A DNA stretch of 64,000 nt from Ammonifex sp. GTDB taxonomy: Bacteria > Bacillota > Desulfotomaculia > Desulfotomaculales > Ammonificaceae. Numbering within the stretch: position 1 is the first letter of the stretch; every line of letters begins with the position of its first letter. The stretch is taken from positions 6,948 through 70,947 of the forward strand of contig QZIW01000066.1 in assembly GCA_003604985.1 (NCBI GenBank). The letters are read 5' to 3'. This document shows, one piece after another, positions 33,577-42,771 of the stretch. Made by a program: the position numbers and the translations under genes. The notes below the pieces were generated by a model. It was not told where the DNA came from, ran no database searches, and saw only the letters and a program-made list of their open reading frames with translations.

Positions 33577-33767
33577 CAGTACTCGCCCAAGTGTGTTTTT
33601 CAGACAAATCTTATTGTATGCCGTACCCTGAATCTTATAAGCGTGCCGGACCCTTTGCCCGGCGCACCTTGAGTTTTAGTATTGCCCCATTCCCCCGTGT
33701 TCCGCGTAATTAACCAACCTGGGGGCATCTTAATAAATAATAAACTCAGGCCTGAGGAGGTTGACTC

Positions 33768-35462
33768 ATGGGAAGGCGTATCGTCATTATCGGCGGGGTA
33801 GCCTGCGGCCCCAAAGCTGCGGCCCGTGCACGCCGGCGGGATCCGGAAGCGGAAATCACCATCGTGGAACAGGGGGAGCACGTGTCGGTAGGCCGCTGCG
33901 GGATACCCTACTATGTAGGAGGGAAGGTAAACGATATCGAGCAGCTTTTTTCCTCCTCCGTGGGTATCGTTCGCGACGCCGATTTCTTTCAGGGAGTCAA
34001 GAACGTACGCGTGCTTGTCAAAACGCGGGCGGACAGAATCGACCGCGCCAGGAAGCAGGTACACGTTACCGACCTGACCACAGGCGCCACCGAGACGCTC
34101 CCTTACGACAAGCTGGTGTTATCCACCGGGGCCAGGCCGCTCCGTCTGAACATTCCCGGTGTTGACCTCAACCGCGTGCACAACATGTGGTCGCTCAGCG
34201 ACGCGAAAGCCATTCGCGACGCAGCGTGGTCAGGGGAAGTGGGCCACGTCGTGATAATCGGGGCGGGGCTGATCGGGCTTGAAATGGCGGAGGCGCTGCT
34301 TGAAGCCGATATCCCCGGTGCGAAACCCGAAATCACCGTCGTCGAAGCCATGCCTCATATCGCACCCTCCTTTTTGGACCCGGAGATGGCCGCTCTCGTT
34401 ACCAAGCACCTGGAAGCCAAAGGGCTTCACATTCGCACCGGCGAACTCGTCCAGCGGCTGGAGGGCGATGAGACCGACGCCGTCCGGCGGGTTGTCACCG
34501 CCCAGGGAACCTATCCCGCAGACCTGGTAGTGGCCGCCATCGGACTGGCTCCCAACGTCGACCTGGCCCGCGAAGCCGGGCTGACCATCGGCGTTACCGG
34601 TGCCATTGCCGTGAACCAGTGCCTGGAGACCAGTGACCCGGATATATACGCCGGCGGCGATTGTGTGGAAAACATGAGCCTGATTAACTGCCGGCCCGTT
34701 TATACGCCGCAGGGTTCAGTCGCCAACCGACACGGCAGGGTTATCGGCAACAACCTCACCGGCATGCGCGATGTCTTTCCCGGGGTACTGGGAACCGTGA
34801 TTTTCAAGGTTTTCGACTTCACTGTGGGACGGACCGGTCTTACCGAGTCCCAGGCCCGCGATTCCGGTCACCAGGTTGAAACCGCCATCGTTTCCGGGGC
34901 TGACCACGCCCACTTCTACCCGGGGTCAGGCTCGGTAGTCGTCAAGTTGATCGTCCACGTGCCCACGCGCAGGGTCCTCGGCGCTCAACTGGTGGGCGAG
35001 GGAGACGTGAACAAGCGCCTGGACGCGCTAGTGGTGGCCGCCACCATGAAGGCGACGGTCGACCACCTGGCGAACTTCGATCTTGCTTACGCGCCGCCGT
35101 ACAACACCGCGATGGATATCCTTCACCACGCGGCGAATACCATGCGCAACAAATTGGCGGGTTTGGCAAGGACGGTAACACCCGTGGAACTTAAAGACCG
35201 CCTTGCCAGTGGGGATAACCTTGTGGTGCTGGACGTGCGAACGCAACCCGAAACCGAGGAGCGGCCCGCTCCGTACAAAGGCGTGACCCACATCCCGCTC
35301 GGGCAGTTGCGTAACAGCGCCGGCGCGCTTTCAGGCGACAAGACGATCGTTTCGTTCTGTCAGGTAAGCTTGCGGGCTTGGGAAGCGCAGCGGATTCTTG
35401 AAGCCGAAGGATTGTCAAACGTCCGGTTTCTGGAGGGCGGCCTGGCGGCCTGGCCATACTGA
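33768..35462 (+). CDS. CoA-disulfide reductase / NADH-dependent persulfide reductase type flavoprotein with C-terminal rhodanese domain
   Basis: 564 aa. IVIIGGVACG FAD motif, redox Cys in VGRCGIPYY, second GAGLIGLE dinucleotide motif, and a rhodanese loop FCQVSLRA. Confidence 0.8.
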   Translation: MGRRIVIIGGVACGPKAAARARRRDPEAEITIVEQGEHVSVGRCGIPYYVGGKVNDIEQLFSSSVGIVRDADFFQGVKNVRVLVKTRADRIDRARKQVHVTDLTTGATETLPYDKLVLSTGARPLRLNIPGVDLNRVHNMWSLSDAKAIRDAAWSGEVGHVVIIGAGLIGLEMAEALLEADIPGAKPEITVVEAMPHIAPSFLDPEMAALVTKHLEAKGLHIRTGELVQRLEGDETDAVRRVVTAQGTYPADLVVAAIGLAPNVDLAREAGLTIGVTGAIAVNQCLETSDPDIYAGGDCVENMSLINCRPVYTPQGSVANRHGRVIGNNLTGMRDVFPGVLGTVIFKVFDFTVGRTGLTESQARDSGHQVETAIVSGADHAHFYPGSGSVVVKLIVHVPTRRVLGAQLVGEGDVNKRLDALVVAATMKATVDHLANFDLAYAPPYNTAMDILHHAANTMRNKLAGLARTVTPVELKDRLASGDNLVVLDVRTQPETEERPAPYKGVTHIPLGQLRNSAGALSGDKTIVSFCQVSLRAWEAQRILEAEGLSNVRFLEGGLAAWPY

Positions 35463-35577
35463 ATTAACGCGCAACCAGGAATAAGAAAGCCCGCCGGCGC
35501 CTTTTAATGTCACAAACCGCACAATAGTAGCTTTGCCGGTGGGCTTGATGGAGTGGGTCAACACGCACCTGATCTGA

Positions 35578-35958
35578 TCAGACCCTGCCTCCAGACTCCT
35601 CAATAACCTGGACCGCTTTGTCGTGAAGGGATGGGTTCACCTCGGCTCTGAGAATGACACTACCCCTTCCGGTGTCGCCCTCGTTGCCCGTGCCGCCTGC
35701 TTCCTCCACATCGCCCGGGGCCCCGCCGCCGGTGGTCAGGTCTTCGTCACCGCGTTCCCGACCAGTGCCGCCCATTAGATCACCCAGGCCGGGAATGCTC
35801 GCCGTAAGACGGTCCACCACATCGCCGAAAACGCCCCTTGCGGTACGACCGGATCTGTCAATCTGAACGTCCGCCGCACCAAGGGCCCTCAGGCGGTTTG
35901 CGGCGTGTTCCGCTTCTTCCCGTTTGTTGAAGTAACCGATAAGACTCTCTTTTGGCAT
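35578..35958 (-). CDS. hypothetical small protein (intact paralog)
   Basis: ATG 35958 behind AGGAGGAA. MPKESLIGYFNKREEAEHAANRLRALGAADVQIDR... with a Gly/Asp/Glu-rich middle ...VILRAEVNPSLHDKAVQVIEESGGRV. Confidence 0.6.
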   Translation of the reverse strand: MPKESLIGYFNKREEAEHAANRLRALGAADVQIDRSGRTARGVFGDVVDRLTASIPGLGDLMGGTGRERGDEDLTTGGGAPGDVEEAGGTGNEGDTGRGSVILRAEVNPSLHDKAVQVIEESGGRV

Positions 35959-36319
35959 CAGATAATTCCTCCTAAGCGTAGTTTTACCAATATTCAAGCC
36001 ACCCTTATTCTCTCCCGGCTCCGAAATTTTATTCACATGGTCTCTCCGGCTTTATCTTAAAGGAAGCGAACATCCCACACCATGTCCAACGCATAGCACA
36101 AAAAAAGCGTCATAAGCGCCAACGTGTTACTTTTCGTTTTTACCTAATTGCCTTCGGTAAAACTTCCGGCACTGCTTTTACAGAAAAAAAGCGTGGATAA
36201 GTCAGCGGAGACAATCACCGCCCTGGGGTTGCCGTGTTTGCTTCCCGATACTTCACGACTCCGAAAGACTGGCGCCCTGCGCCTATAGGAATGGCGGCGC
36301 CGATGCTGCTTTGGAACGG

Positions 36320-37585
36320 TCAGTTCCTCGCCACAACCGCAGTTCGCAGCACGTCCCACATCTCTTGCGAAACCAGGCCCAACCGCCAGAGGGCGATGCC
36401 ATCGAGGTTGTACCGCTTGGCGATCCCTACCTTGGTAAACATGCTTTCCGGGGTCTCACTGGGCGCCGAGATGCCGAGCATCAGTTTTTCGGGCGGGATG
36501 ACGGCTTTGGCCATTGCCACGGCCTCGGTGACGAGGTTTACCGGTTCTGGTTTTGGGCCGTAATCATAGGCCATAATGATAATCCGGTCGCTTAGTTCCC
36601 CCAGCGCCCGGTAGTCATAACCCTTATAAGCGCTGTTGGGAGCGTGGAGCGTTAATGTTAAGGTTTTACCCGCGCTTTTTAACCGTGTGGACAGCAAGCG
36701 AACGAAATCCGTAAACCTGTACCGCACCGCCGAAAGGTCTTCGCCGGCGGCCGACAATCCCAAGCCTTCGAAATCAAGATTCACGCTTTGGTATGCGCCG
36801 GCTTCCTTCACGATCTCATCCACCGCCGTCGTGGTCGCCGATTCATCGGACAGCAAACAGGTAATGAAGTTGTCCGAATCTGTAAGGTGAATCACCATTT
36901 CAGTTTTGAGGCCGTACCCTTCGGCTGATTCCAGGACCTTTTCCCATCCGGGTGGACGCTGCCAACCTGTTCCGGACGAGGTAAGAAGAATTCCCTCTTG
37001 GCTCAAGCTGTACCAACCGAGAGCCACCACGCTGACCATATCTGTATTACCTGTACCCGTTTCGGGGTAAACCCCACCAAAAAGATCGGTCCAGCTACTG
37101 GTCCGCGCGTCACCCAGGGCGTAAAAGCCGGTCACCGTAATGGTTTTTGGTGCCGAAGTAATCTTCACGCTGCGAATGGTTGATTCCCAGAGCACCGTGC
37201 AGCCGAAGGCCTCGCTGAAAAAGCGCAACGGCACCAGCGTTCTCCCACCAAGGATTGCCGGGGCTACATCCAGAGAGATGGAACTCTCGTTATAATAAGC
37301 GGTACAGTTACCAATCAGCAGTTTAATGAAGGTTTTGCCGTCTGTCGCGTTCACCGTTCTCGTCGTGCCGTCCCAAGTCACGTTTACATTGATAGCCTCT
37401 GCTATGGCTCGGAAAGGAACCAGGGTGCGCCCGTCCCTGATTACCGGCGGCACGTCGAAGGCAACCGGCAACCCGTCAACCGCCACCGTTATATCGTTGT
37501 TCTGTCCTCGCGCAGAGGCGGGAAGAGCAAGAGCACCAATTAGAACAATTACAACGATAAAGATTAGAAGGAGTAACCTGTTCAT
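36320..37585 (-). CDS. GH18-family (YaaH/YdhD-like) hydrolase with N-terminal copper-amine-oxidase-like stalk domain
   Basis: ATG 37585. Signal/TM segment. Repeated ...RTLVP(F/L)R...A... stalk motifs. VNLDFEGL catalytic-type DxE motif. Confidence 0.7.
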   Translation of the reverse strand: MNRLLLLIFIVVIVLIGALALPASARGQNNDITVAVDGLPVAFDVPPVIRDGRTLVPFRAIAEAINVNVTWDGTTRTVNATDGKTFIKLLIGNCTAYYNESSISLDVAPAILGGRTLVPLRFFSEAFGCTVLWESTIRSVKITSAPKTITVTGFYALGDARTSSWTDLFGGVYPETGTGNTDMVSVVALGWYSLSQEGILLTSSGTGWQRPPGWEKVLESAEGYGLKTEMVIHLTDSDNFITCLLSDESATTTAVDEIVKEAGAYQSVNLDFEGLGLSAAGEDLSAVRYRFTDFVRLLSTRLKSAGKTLTLTLHAPNSAYKGYDYRALGELSDRIIIMAYDYGPKPEPVNLVTEAVAMAKAVIPPEKLMLGISAPSETPESMFTKVGIAKRYNLDGIALWRLGLVSQEMWDVLRTAVVARN

Positions 37586-37683
37586 GGTACGGCCGCCTTT
37601 CACTGCTTCATTAACTGCTTCGTCAAAAAACATCCGGTCTTACAAAACCCTAGGAGACCGCTGTAAAACTACGCCCGGCTAAC

Positions 37684-37787
37684 TTGGAAGTGAGAGGTGA
37701 GAAGTCAGAGGTTAGACCATTTGTCGGAATTCGCACAGCGAATTCCATCGAGATTCCCACATCCAACCTCCGGCCTCCAACTTCCAA
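37684..37787. repeat. roughly 104-bp imperfect palindrome with purine-rich/pyrimidine-rich arms and a perfect inner 9-bp inverted repeat
   Basis: Outer arms TTGGAAGTGAGAGGTGAGAAGTCAGAGGTTAGA versus TCCAACCTCCGGCCTCCAACTTCCAA. Inner GGAATTCGC-ACA-GCGAATTCC (37726-37746). Shares the 12-mer TTGGAAGTGAGA with 62162-62173 (opposite strand). Confidence 0.6.
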
Positions 37788-37900
37788 AATGCCATGCTTG
37801 TTTTTCGCGGCCTCCAGACTTTTTTTGCCGGAAGATTCAACTCGGGCATTGACAGTCTTTCTCCAAGAAATTTGGTTTTGCAACACCCTTCTAGACGGCT

Positions 37901-38704
37901 TCACTCCGTGAAAAAACTCTGCCACTCCTCCTTGCCGAGGAAGCTGTCTTCCACGTTCTCCTCCATCTCCTTGAACATCTCGAACGGCACCGAAAAAGTC
38001 ATGCAGTCTCTGCCGATCTGCTTCCTCACGGTTTTACGCGCCGACAGATCCACCAGGCCGATCACCGCCCTCGGATTTTTCGAATTTGATTCCCTGTAAG
38101 TAAAGATGCCGATGGACTGGCACCCTGCGCCGAAAGGAATGACGACGCTTTCCGTACTCTCACGCGCGTAGTTCGCCAGCACTACCAGCGCGGTAAGCTG
38201 GTCCGGGTTGGGCAGAAAAATGACGGCCACCGGCGCTTCCTCACGCTGCTGAACATATTCAAGGGGTTTGAAAACCACATACTTTTTGGGGATGTCGGTA
38301 AAAGGCATGACTTCGAGGAACCGCTTCACCAGTTCGGGCGACTTAATATACCTCTCCCCGTGCAGGACGTTGTCGACAAACCCTTCTCTGAAGGAGTCAA
38401 CGTCCTCCCTCGTGGTCCCTAGTTGTGCGCTACCCGTCGAAAGAAAACGGCAAAACGCCTCAACACCGCCCTGCCAGTTCAGGTACTGGTTGCCGAAACC
38501 CAATCCGGTCCCGCCTCCGAGGCAGCCGAACGTTTTGCGGTCCACCACCGCCGTCCGGCCCCTGGCGGCGTTCGCAAACAGCCACATGACGCAGCCCCAA
38601 CCACCCTCCTTGAACTGGAGCGCCCCTTCGGGCTTCTCGTCCGCCCACAACAGGGCCACGGGGCCGTATTTAAACTTCAACACGGCGGCGATTTTACTTT
38701 CCAC
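37901..38704 (-). CDS. DUF169-family protein
   Basis: 267 aa. ...GGWGCVMW...FGCLGGGTGLGFG... resembles DUF169. Confidence 0.6.
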   Translation of the reverse strand: MESKIAAVLKFKYGPVALLWADEKPEGALQFKEGGWGCVMWLFANAARGRTAVVDRKTFGCLGGGTGLGFGNQYLNWQGGVEAFCRFLSTGSAQLGTTREDVDSFREGFVDNVLHGERYIKSPELVKRFLEVMPFTDIPKKYVVFKPLEYVQQREEAPVAVIFLPNPDQLTALVVLANYARESTESVVIPFGAGCQSIGIFTYRESNSKNPRAVIGLVDLSARKTVRKQIGRDCMTFSVPFEMFKEMEENVEDSFLGKEEWQSFFTE

Positions 38705-38970
38705 TCTATTCCCTCCGGCCTGGAAGCCATTTTGTCAAAATTGTACCACACCACGTTTTGCAAACCAATCCCGCCTCCACAAAGTCCGGGTTACCCGCCC
38801 GCCTTATAATTACGAAACCCACCCCCTTTTGCGCAACGAAAATCTGGAGCACTTTAACACCGCAGACATAAATTACATCTCCCAAATCGAGTCGAATAAA
38901 TAGGAGTTAAGTCGGAGCACGTCGTATTCTTTTCGCTAAACGGATCCTACAGGTCGAGGAGGTTCGAAGC

Positions 38971-41040
38971 GTGCGCAAACCCGTCCTTTTTTGTTCCCTT
39001 GGTCTTGCAATCGTGCTTGCACTGGCGGCGGTTTTCGGTTTCAGCGAAGGCCGTGGGCTCCTTTCAACACGTCCCGGAAATAATGGCGCCAATACCGCCA
39101 AAACGGACCAATCGCAACCCAAAGGGCCGGTGTCAAAACCCAAACCCAGCACAGAAGATATTAAAGAGGCGGCCCGCGCGGTTAAAGCCAACGAACTCGG
39201 CCAGGTGCCTATTCTCGTCTACCACCTGATCGGAAATCGGGAAGACCGGTGGCAGCGTACCCCTGAGAACCTGCGCCGGGACCTTGCAGAGCTTTATGAC
39301 CGCGGTTACGTTTTGGTTTCACTCAGCGACTATTTGAATGGCAACCTAAACATTCCCGCCGGCAAGTCACCGGCCATATTAACCTTTGACGACAGCACAC
39401 CGGGTCATTTTCGACTCCTCGAAAAAGACGGCGAAACTACCGTCGACCCACACTGTGCGGTAGGCATCCTGCGCGCTTTCGGCCGCCGGCACCCTGATTT
39501 CGGCAGTACCGCAACCTTCTTTGTTAACACGCGGCCATTCGGAGGTGAACCCGGGCAGGAGGCGTACTGGAAGCAGAAACTCCAGATGCTGGTACGGTGG
39601 GGGTTTGAAATCGGCAATCATACCTTGCATCATACGAATCTTAAAAATGTGTCCCCCCAAAAGGTACGGGCGGAAATCGCCGGCCTGCAGGCACTCGTTC
39701 AGCAAGCAGTGCCCGGATACCGGCCGGCGGCCTTTGCCATCGTCCAGGACGGCGTGCCCCAACCATACGAAACGGTGGTGCAGGGGACCTATGAAGGCGT
39801 AAACTACCACCATAACGGCGTTGTACTCTGGGCCTGGAGCGCCTCCCAATCGCCCTTCCACCGGGGTTTTGACCCCCTGCGCATTCAGCGCATTCAGGTT
39901 TTTGAAGACCACGGTTCAAGCTCCCTGACCAACTGGCTGGACCGCATCGAACCCACGCGGTACATCAGTGACGGCAACCCCGCAACGATAGCCTTCCCCC
40001 GGGGCTGGGAAGAATCCTTTAAAGAATCGGTCGCCGGAAAAGCCGTTGTGTATGATGTCGAGAAGGAAACAGACCGGACGCCCCGGCATGAGCAGCAGGC
40101 GGACAACGCCAGAGGCGTGCACGTTACCTTCATGTGGGCCTCCTCCCCTGCCAGGTGGAACCAGATTGTCGACCTGGTGCAAACCAGCGGGCTCAACGCC
40201 ATTGAGCTCGACATAAAGGATGAATCCGGGCATATCGGTTACCTCTCGGAGGTCCCGTTAAGCCGAAAAATAGGCTCAACCCACAACTACCTTCCCATAA
40301 GGGAGATGCTGAAAGGACTTCGCGATAAGGGCATCTACAGCATCGGCAGATGTGTCGTGCTGCGGGACCCGGTGTTGGCCCGGGCGCGCCCCGACTTCAT
40401 GGTCCGCACCCGTGACGGGCGTCCCCTTGCCGGCGGCGTCTGGGTCAATCCCTGTTCACGCGAGGTTTGGGATTATAACATCGCCCTGGCGAAGGAGGCA
40501 TACGCGCTGGGTTTTGACGAGGTTCAATTCGACTACCTCCGTTTTCCCGAGGGAAAAGAAGCTTGGACCTCAATTTATCCGGGTATGGGAAACCGCCACC
40601 GGACGGACGTGATTACCGAGTTCGTACGGACCGCACGTGAGGAACTCGGCTGGGAGAAATGGCTGTCCGTCGCCGTGTTCGGCTTCATCGGGTTCGCCAA
40701 GGACGACCTGCTCATAGGCCAGCGGCCCGAGCGATTGGCACCGTTTCTCGATTTTCTTTCCCCTATGGCCTACCCCTCCCATTACAGCCCCGGGAACTAC
40801 GGTTTCGCCAACCCCAACGCTCACCCCGCCGAAGTCGTAGATGGAACACTCGCCGACTTCGAACGCCTCATCGACACCAGCGGCTGCCGGCTCCGGCCCT
40901 GGCTCCAGGCCTTTACTCTCGGCCCGCCCCCATACGGACCGGCGGAAATAAAAGCGCAGACAAGAACCGTTCACCAGCGTGGTATAAACACCTGGCTGCT
41001 GTGGAATCCTGCTGTAGTTTACAAGCGCGAAGCACTGTAA
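38971..41040 (+). CDS. polysaccharide deacetylase (NodB) domain fused to a predicted glycoside-hydrolase-like TIM-barrel domain
   Basis: 689 aa. Signal/TM segment. ...ILTFDDSTPGHF... and ...GNHTLHH... NodB motifs. C-terminal ...GLNAIELDIKDESG...FDYLRFPE.... Confidence 0.7.
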   Translation: MRKPVLFCSLGLAIVLALAAVFGFSEGRGLLSTRPGNNGANTAKTDQSQPKGPVSKPKPSTEDIKEAARAVKANELGQVPILVYHLIGNREDRWQRTPENLRRDLAELYDRGYVLVSLSDYLNGNLNIPAGKSPAILTFDDSTPGHFRLLEKDGETTVDPHCAVGILRAFGRRHPDFGSTATFFVNTRPFGGEPGQEAYWKQKLQMLVRWGFEIGNHTLHHTNLKNVSPQKVRAEIAGLQALVQQAVPGYRPAAFAIVQDGVPQPYETVVQGTYEGVNYHHNGVVLWAWSASQSPFHRGFDPLRIQRIQVFEDHGSSSLTNWLDRIEPTRYISDGNPATIAFPRGWEESFKESVAGKAVVYDVEKETDRTPRHEQQADNARGVHVTFMWASSPARWNQIVDLVQTSGLNAIELDIKDESGHIGYLSEVPLSRKIGSTHNYLPIREMLKGLRDKGIYSIGRCVVLRDPVLARARPDFMVRTRDGRPLAGGVWVNPCSREVWDYNIALAKEAYALGFDEVQFDYLRFPEGKEAWTSIYPGMGNRHRTDVITEFVRTAREELGWEKWLSVAVFGFIGFAKDDLLIGQRPERLAPFLDFLSPMAYPSHYSPGNYGFANPNAHPAEVVDGTLADFERLIDTSGCRLRPWLQAFTLGPPPYGPAEIKAQTRTVHQRGINTWLLWNPAVVYKREAL

Positions 41041-41096
41041 TCAAGACTGACCTTGAATAATCAAGCCGGTCGCCCCGGCTATCCTAAAAGGCCTGC

Positions 41097-42500
41097 ATGA
41101 AGGAGAGCGGTCTTATTAAAAAATCATGGGTTCAGGCGGTGCTGAAACTCGGCGTGGCAATGGCCGGGGTTGTCCTGTCCATTTGGATTTTCGGGCCCGC
41201 ACGGTGCCAAATCGACGGCTTGACGGTGCAGCAGGCAATCCGCCCCGCCGCTTACGGCCATACGGTCGTTGAGATCCCCCCGCTGGGCGCCCTGACGGCA
41301 AAAACCCACGCGTCTCCCCTGCAGTACAGGGTTACGCTCCTCCGCGTCGAAGAAAAAATGGTCACCTCCACCATTACCGATTGGAGCCTGGACAAACTCT
41401 GGCAGCGCGTCGAACACGACGCGCAAAGAGCGCTGTTGGGATTCGTGTTGCGCCAGTTGATCGCAGGGGTACTTGGCGCGGTTTTACTCTCGCTCTTCCT
41501 TTTACGCCTCGCCCCCAAAAAGGTCTGGCAGCCCGCGGTAATCGGGTTGCTCCTCACCGGGGCCTGGCTGGCGCCTGCCTATGCGACTTACCAGATTCGG
41601 GCTTTCGAGCACCCCGCCTACAGCGGCATGATCGCTGCGGCCCCGCGCGTGCTTGCACTCAGCGAAAACCTGGTAACAGGTTTCCACAGACTCAGGGCCG
41701 ATACCCCGGAGGTGCTGGCTAATCTTCAGAACCTGTTTGACCGTGCTGACGGGCTGAACGGTTTTTCGGGCGTTGAGAAAGGCAAAAAGCTTCTCCTGGT
41801 ATCCGACATCCACAATAACCCCGTGGGTTTGGCCGTTACCAGGGAACTCGCAGCTCGTTTCGCGGTCGACGCGGTGCTCGACGCCGGGGATCTGACGGAT
41901 TTCGGGTCCCCGCTGGAGCTAAACCTGATTGAAGACCTTACCAAAATCGGCGTGCCTTACGTCTTTGCACCGGGCAACCACGATTCTCCTGAGGTGAAAG
42001 CGTATTTGGCTTCCAAGCCCGGTGTCTACGTGCTTAAAGGGGAGGTTGTGACCGTGGCAGGCTTCAGGGTGCTTGGCTCGCCTGACGCGTCTTCGTACGG
42101 CCGCGAAGTGGGGGCAAGCACATCGGCGGCGGAACAAAGCGAAAGCGAAGCCCAGGCTGCTTCCCTAGCAAGTGTCCTTGGCCATGTAGAAAATCCGGTG
42201 GACGTATTACTGGTGCACAATCCCCAGGTTGCCCGCACGTTTTTTGGCCGGGTACCCCTCATCGTTTTCGGACACACGCACCTTACAGGGGTGGAAGGAA
42301 ACCGGGCTTCCCTGCTCCTGAACCCGGGTACTACCGGCGCAGCGGGCATCAGGGGTTTCCGGGCCTATAAAGAAATCCCGTACACAGCTATGGTCGTGTA
42401 TTTTGACGACGCCAAACTGACCACAGCTGTGGACATCATAAGCTATGGGCCGCGGGAGGGCAATTTCCGCGTGGAACGGCGCATGGTCGCCGAGCCGTAG
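41097..42500 (+). CDS. membrane-anchored metallophosphoesterase
   Basis: 467 aa. N-terminal TM helices. LLLVSDIHNN, DAGDLTDFG, GNHD and GHTH motifs. Confidence 0.8.
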   Translation: MKESGLIKKSWVQAVLKLGVAMAGVVLSIWIFGPARCQIDGLTVQQAIRPAAYGHTVVEIPPLGALTAKTHASPLQYRVTLLRVEEKMVTSTITDWSLDKLWQRVEHDAQRALLGFVLRQLIAGVLGAVLLSLFLLRLAPKKVWQPAVIGLLLTGAWLAPAYATYQIRAFEHPAYSGMIAAAPRVLALSENLVTGFHRLRADTPEVLANLQNLFDRADGLNGFSGVEKGKKLLLVSDIHNNPVGLAVTRELAARFAVDAVLDAGDLTDFGSPLELNLIEDLTKIGVPYVFAPGNHDSPEVKAYLASKPGVYVLKGEVVTVAGFRVLGSPDASSYGREVGASTSAAEQSESEAQAASLASVLGHVENPVDVLLVHNPQVARTFFGRVPLIVFGHTHLTGVEGNRASLLLNPGTTGAAGIRGFRAYKEIPYTAMVVYFDDAKLTTAVDIISYGPREGNFRVERRMVAEP

Positions 42501-42561
42501 CCCGCCCGATGGTCAGCCGGTCCGGTAAACCCTTTCTCAAGTTAAGTATTAACGCAACCAG

Positions 42562-42663
42562 ATGATTTACGAGATCGAGGCGGAAAAACAAGACCCGGAA
42601 GTCGTGGCGCGGGCCTGGATTGAAGACCACCCGGAAAAAGTCAAAGCCTTGCTGGGTAGGTAA
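42562..42663 (+). pseudogene. C-terminal remnant resembling a glycine-betaine/osmoprotectant ABC substrate-binding protein
   Basis: 33 codons, MIYEIEAEKQDPEVVARAWIEDHPEKVKALLGR, with a stop 4 codons upstream of the ATG. Followed by a terminator. Confidence 0.4.
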
Positions 42664-42668
42664 ATAAT

Positions 42669-42701
42669 AAAACCGGGTACTCTGACGGGTACCCCGGTTT
42701 T
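42669..42701. terminator. bidirectional rho-independent terminator
   Basis: AACCGGGTAC-N8-GTACCCCGGTT hairpin (one bulge), flanked by an A/T run on one side and TTTT on the other. Sits between convergent genes. Confidence 0.6.
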
Positions 42702-42771
42702 CACTCTACCCGTATTCTCCCCCGTTTTGGACAAAAACCATGCGGGGGACCGGACAAGAGGCGGGGATCGA

